This document shows positions 63,424 to 64,000 of a stretch of 64,000 bases of DNA, in pieces. A model generated the notes under the pieces. That model was not told where the DNA came from and did no database searches. It was given only the letters and a program-made list of their open reading frames with translations. The stretch lies in the IMG/VR virus record IMGVR_UViG_3300007760_001418, positions 1 through 64,000 of that record. The stretch is one strand, 5' to 3'. The position numbers and the translations under genes were made by a program. This stretch comes from a virus. Positions within the stretch are counted from its first letter, which is position 1. Each line of letters begins with the position of its first letter.

Positions 63424-64000
63424 ATGCTACTTATTTGTTACGGCACTCGCCCAGAATACTTAAAAATAAAGCCACTTCTAAAAAAGATGGAAGGTCAATT
63501 GGAGTTTCGTACGCTGTTCACAGGGCAACACACTGATCTAATAGAAGGCAATACAGCCCCAGACTATGTTGTCTCTATATGCTCTGGAAAAAATCGTCTA
63601 AATTCAATAATTGCTTCTACCATAGACTGTATGGATTTTGAAAAAGAGGGAATAACATCCGTCCTTGTGCAAGGGGACACAACATCCGCAATGTCACTAG
63701 CCATTAGCGCATTTAATCAACAAATACCGGTAATACATCTTGAAGCAGGTTTACGAACATATAATCTTCACCAACCATACCCAGAAGAGGCAAATCGTCA
63801 AATCATAGGGAGAATAGCATCTTTAAGCTTATGCCCGACGACGCTATCAGCACAAAGGCTTAATGATGAAAAATCATATGGTGTTACTGAGGTTGTAGGC
63901 AATACTGTTTTGGACAACCTAACTGGTCTTAGCACTACCACTAAAAATAATGTCCTCGTAACCCTGCACCGCCGCGAAAATCATACTATGATAGCGGAGT
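63424..64000 (+). CDS. wecB: UDP-N-acetylglucosamine 2-epimerase (partial, runs off window)
   Basis: MLLICYGTRPEYLK, TGQH, VQGDT, HLEAGLRT, PYPEEANR, VGNTVLD, VTLHRRE. Confidence 0.92.
   Translation, partial: MLLICYGTRPEYLKIKPLLKKMEGQLEFRTLFTGQHTDLIEGNTAPDYVVSICSGKNRLNSIIASTIDCMDFEKEGITSVLVQGDTTSAMSLAISAFNQQIPVIHLEAGLRTYNLHQPYPEEANRQIIGRIASLSLCPTTLSAQRLNDEKSYGVTEVVGNTVLDNLTGLSTTTKNNVLVTLHRRENHTMIAE

Noticed and set aside
1-64000. Stop-codon reassignment, introns or inteins
   Set aside because: Conserved genes are full length under code 11, TAA/TAG/TGA are all used as stops, and no interruptions are visible.

Overview
This 64-kb window looks like part of a large (jumbo-type) dsDNA bacteriophage genome, not a cellular chromosome. 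It has dense, translationally coupled small ORFs with Shine-Dalgarno sites and sigma70-type promoters. It also carries tRNA-Asn, a one-piece tmRNA, a tubulin/FtsZ-family gene, PhoH, Hsp20, a divergent chaperonin, three very large virion/fibre-like proteins and a glycosylation cluster. Layout: (1) 1-7.3 kb and 14.8-17.6 kb hold arrays of small SH3/KOW-like 'MKxGDLV' genes, with a ~620-nt highly structured non-coding RNA candidate at 1.85-2.47 kb. (2) 7.4-14.76 kb is a visibly GC-richer island (MoxR AAA+, HExxH-vWA, RadA-like ATPase) driven by repeated GTGYAA-N17-TATAAT promoters and bounded by non-coding DNA. (3) 17.9-41 kb holds accessory and host-manipulation genes: eukaryote-type PMM, MT-A70, DinG, HD and Nudix hydrolases, yeaH-spoVR-prkA, Hc1, tmRNA, tubulin, a stand-alone sigma region 4 and PhoH. 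(4) 41-55.7 kb is structural. (5) 55.9-64 kb is glycosyltransferases through a partial wecB. The best leads are the large ornate ncRNA, a shared LRxxIxEE peptide tag on unrelated proteins (possible capsid-packaging signal), the conserved 24-bp gene-junction motif of the SH3/KOW arrays, and the non-canonical -35 promoter class with the lone sigma4 protein. All product calls come from motifs read by eye; no searches or folding programs were run.
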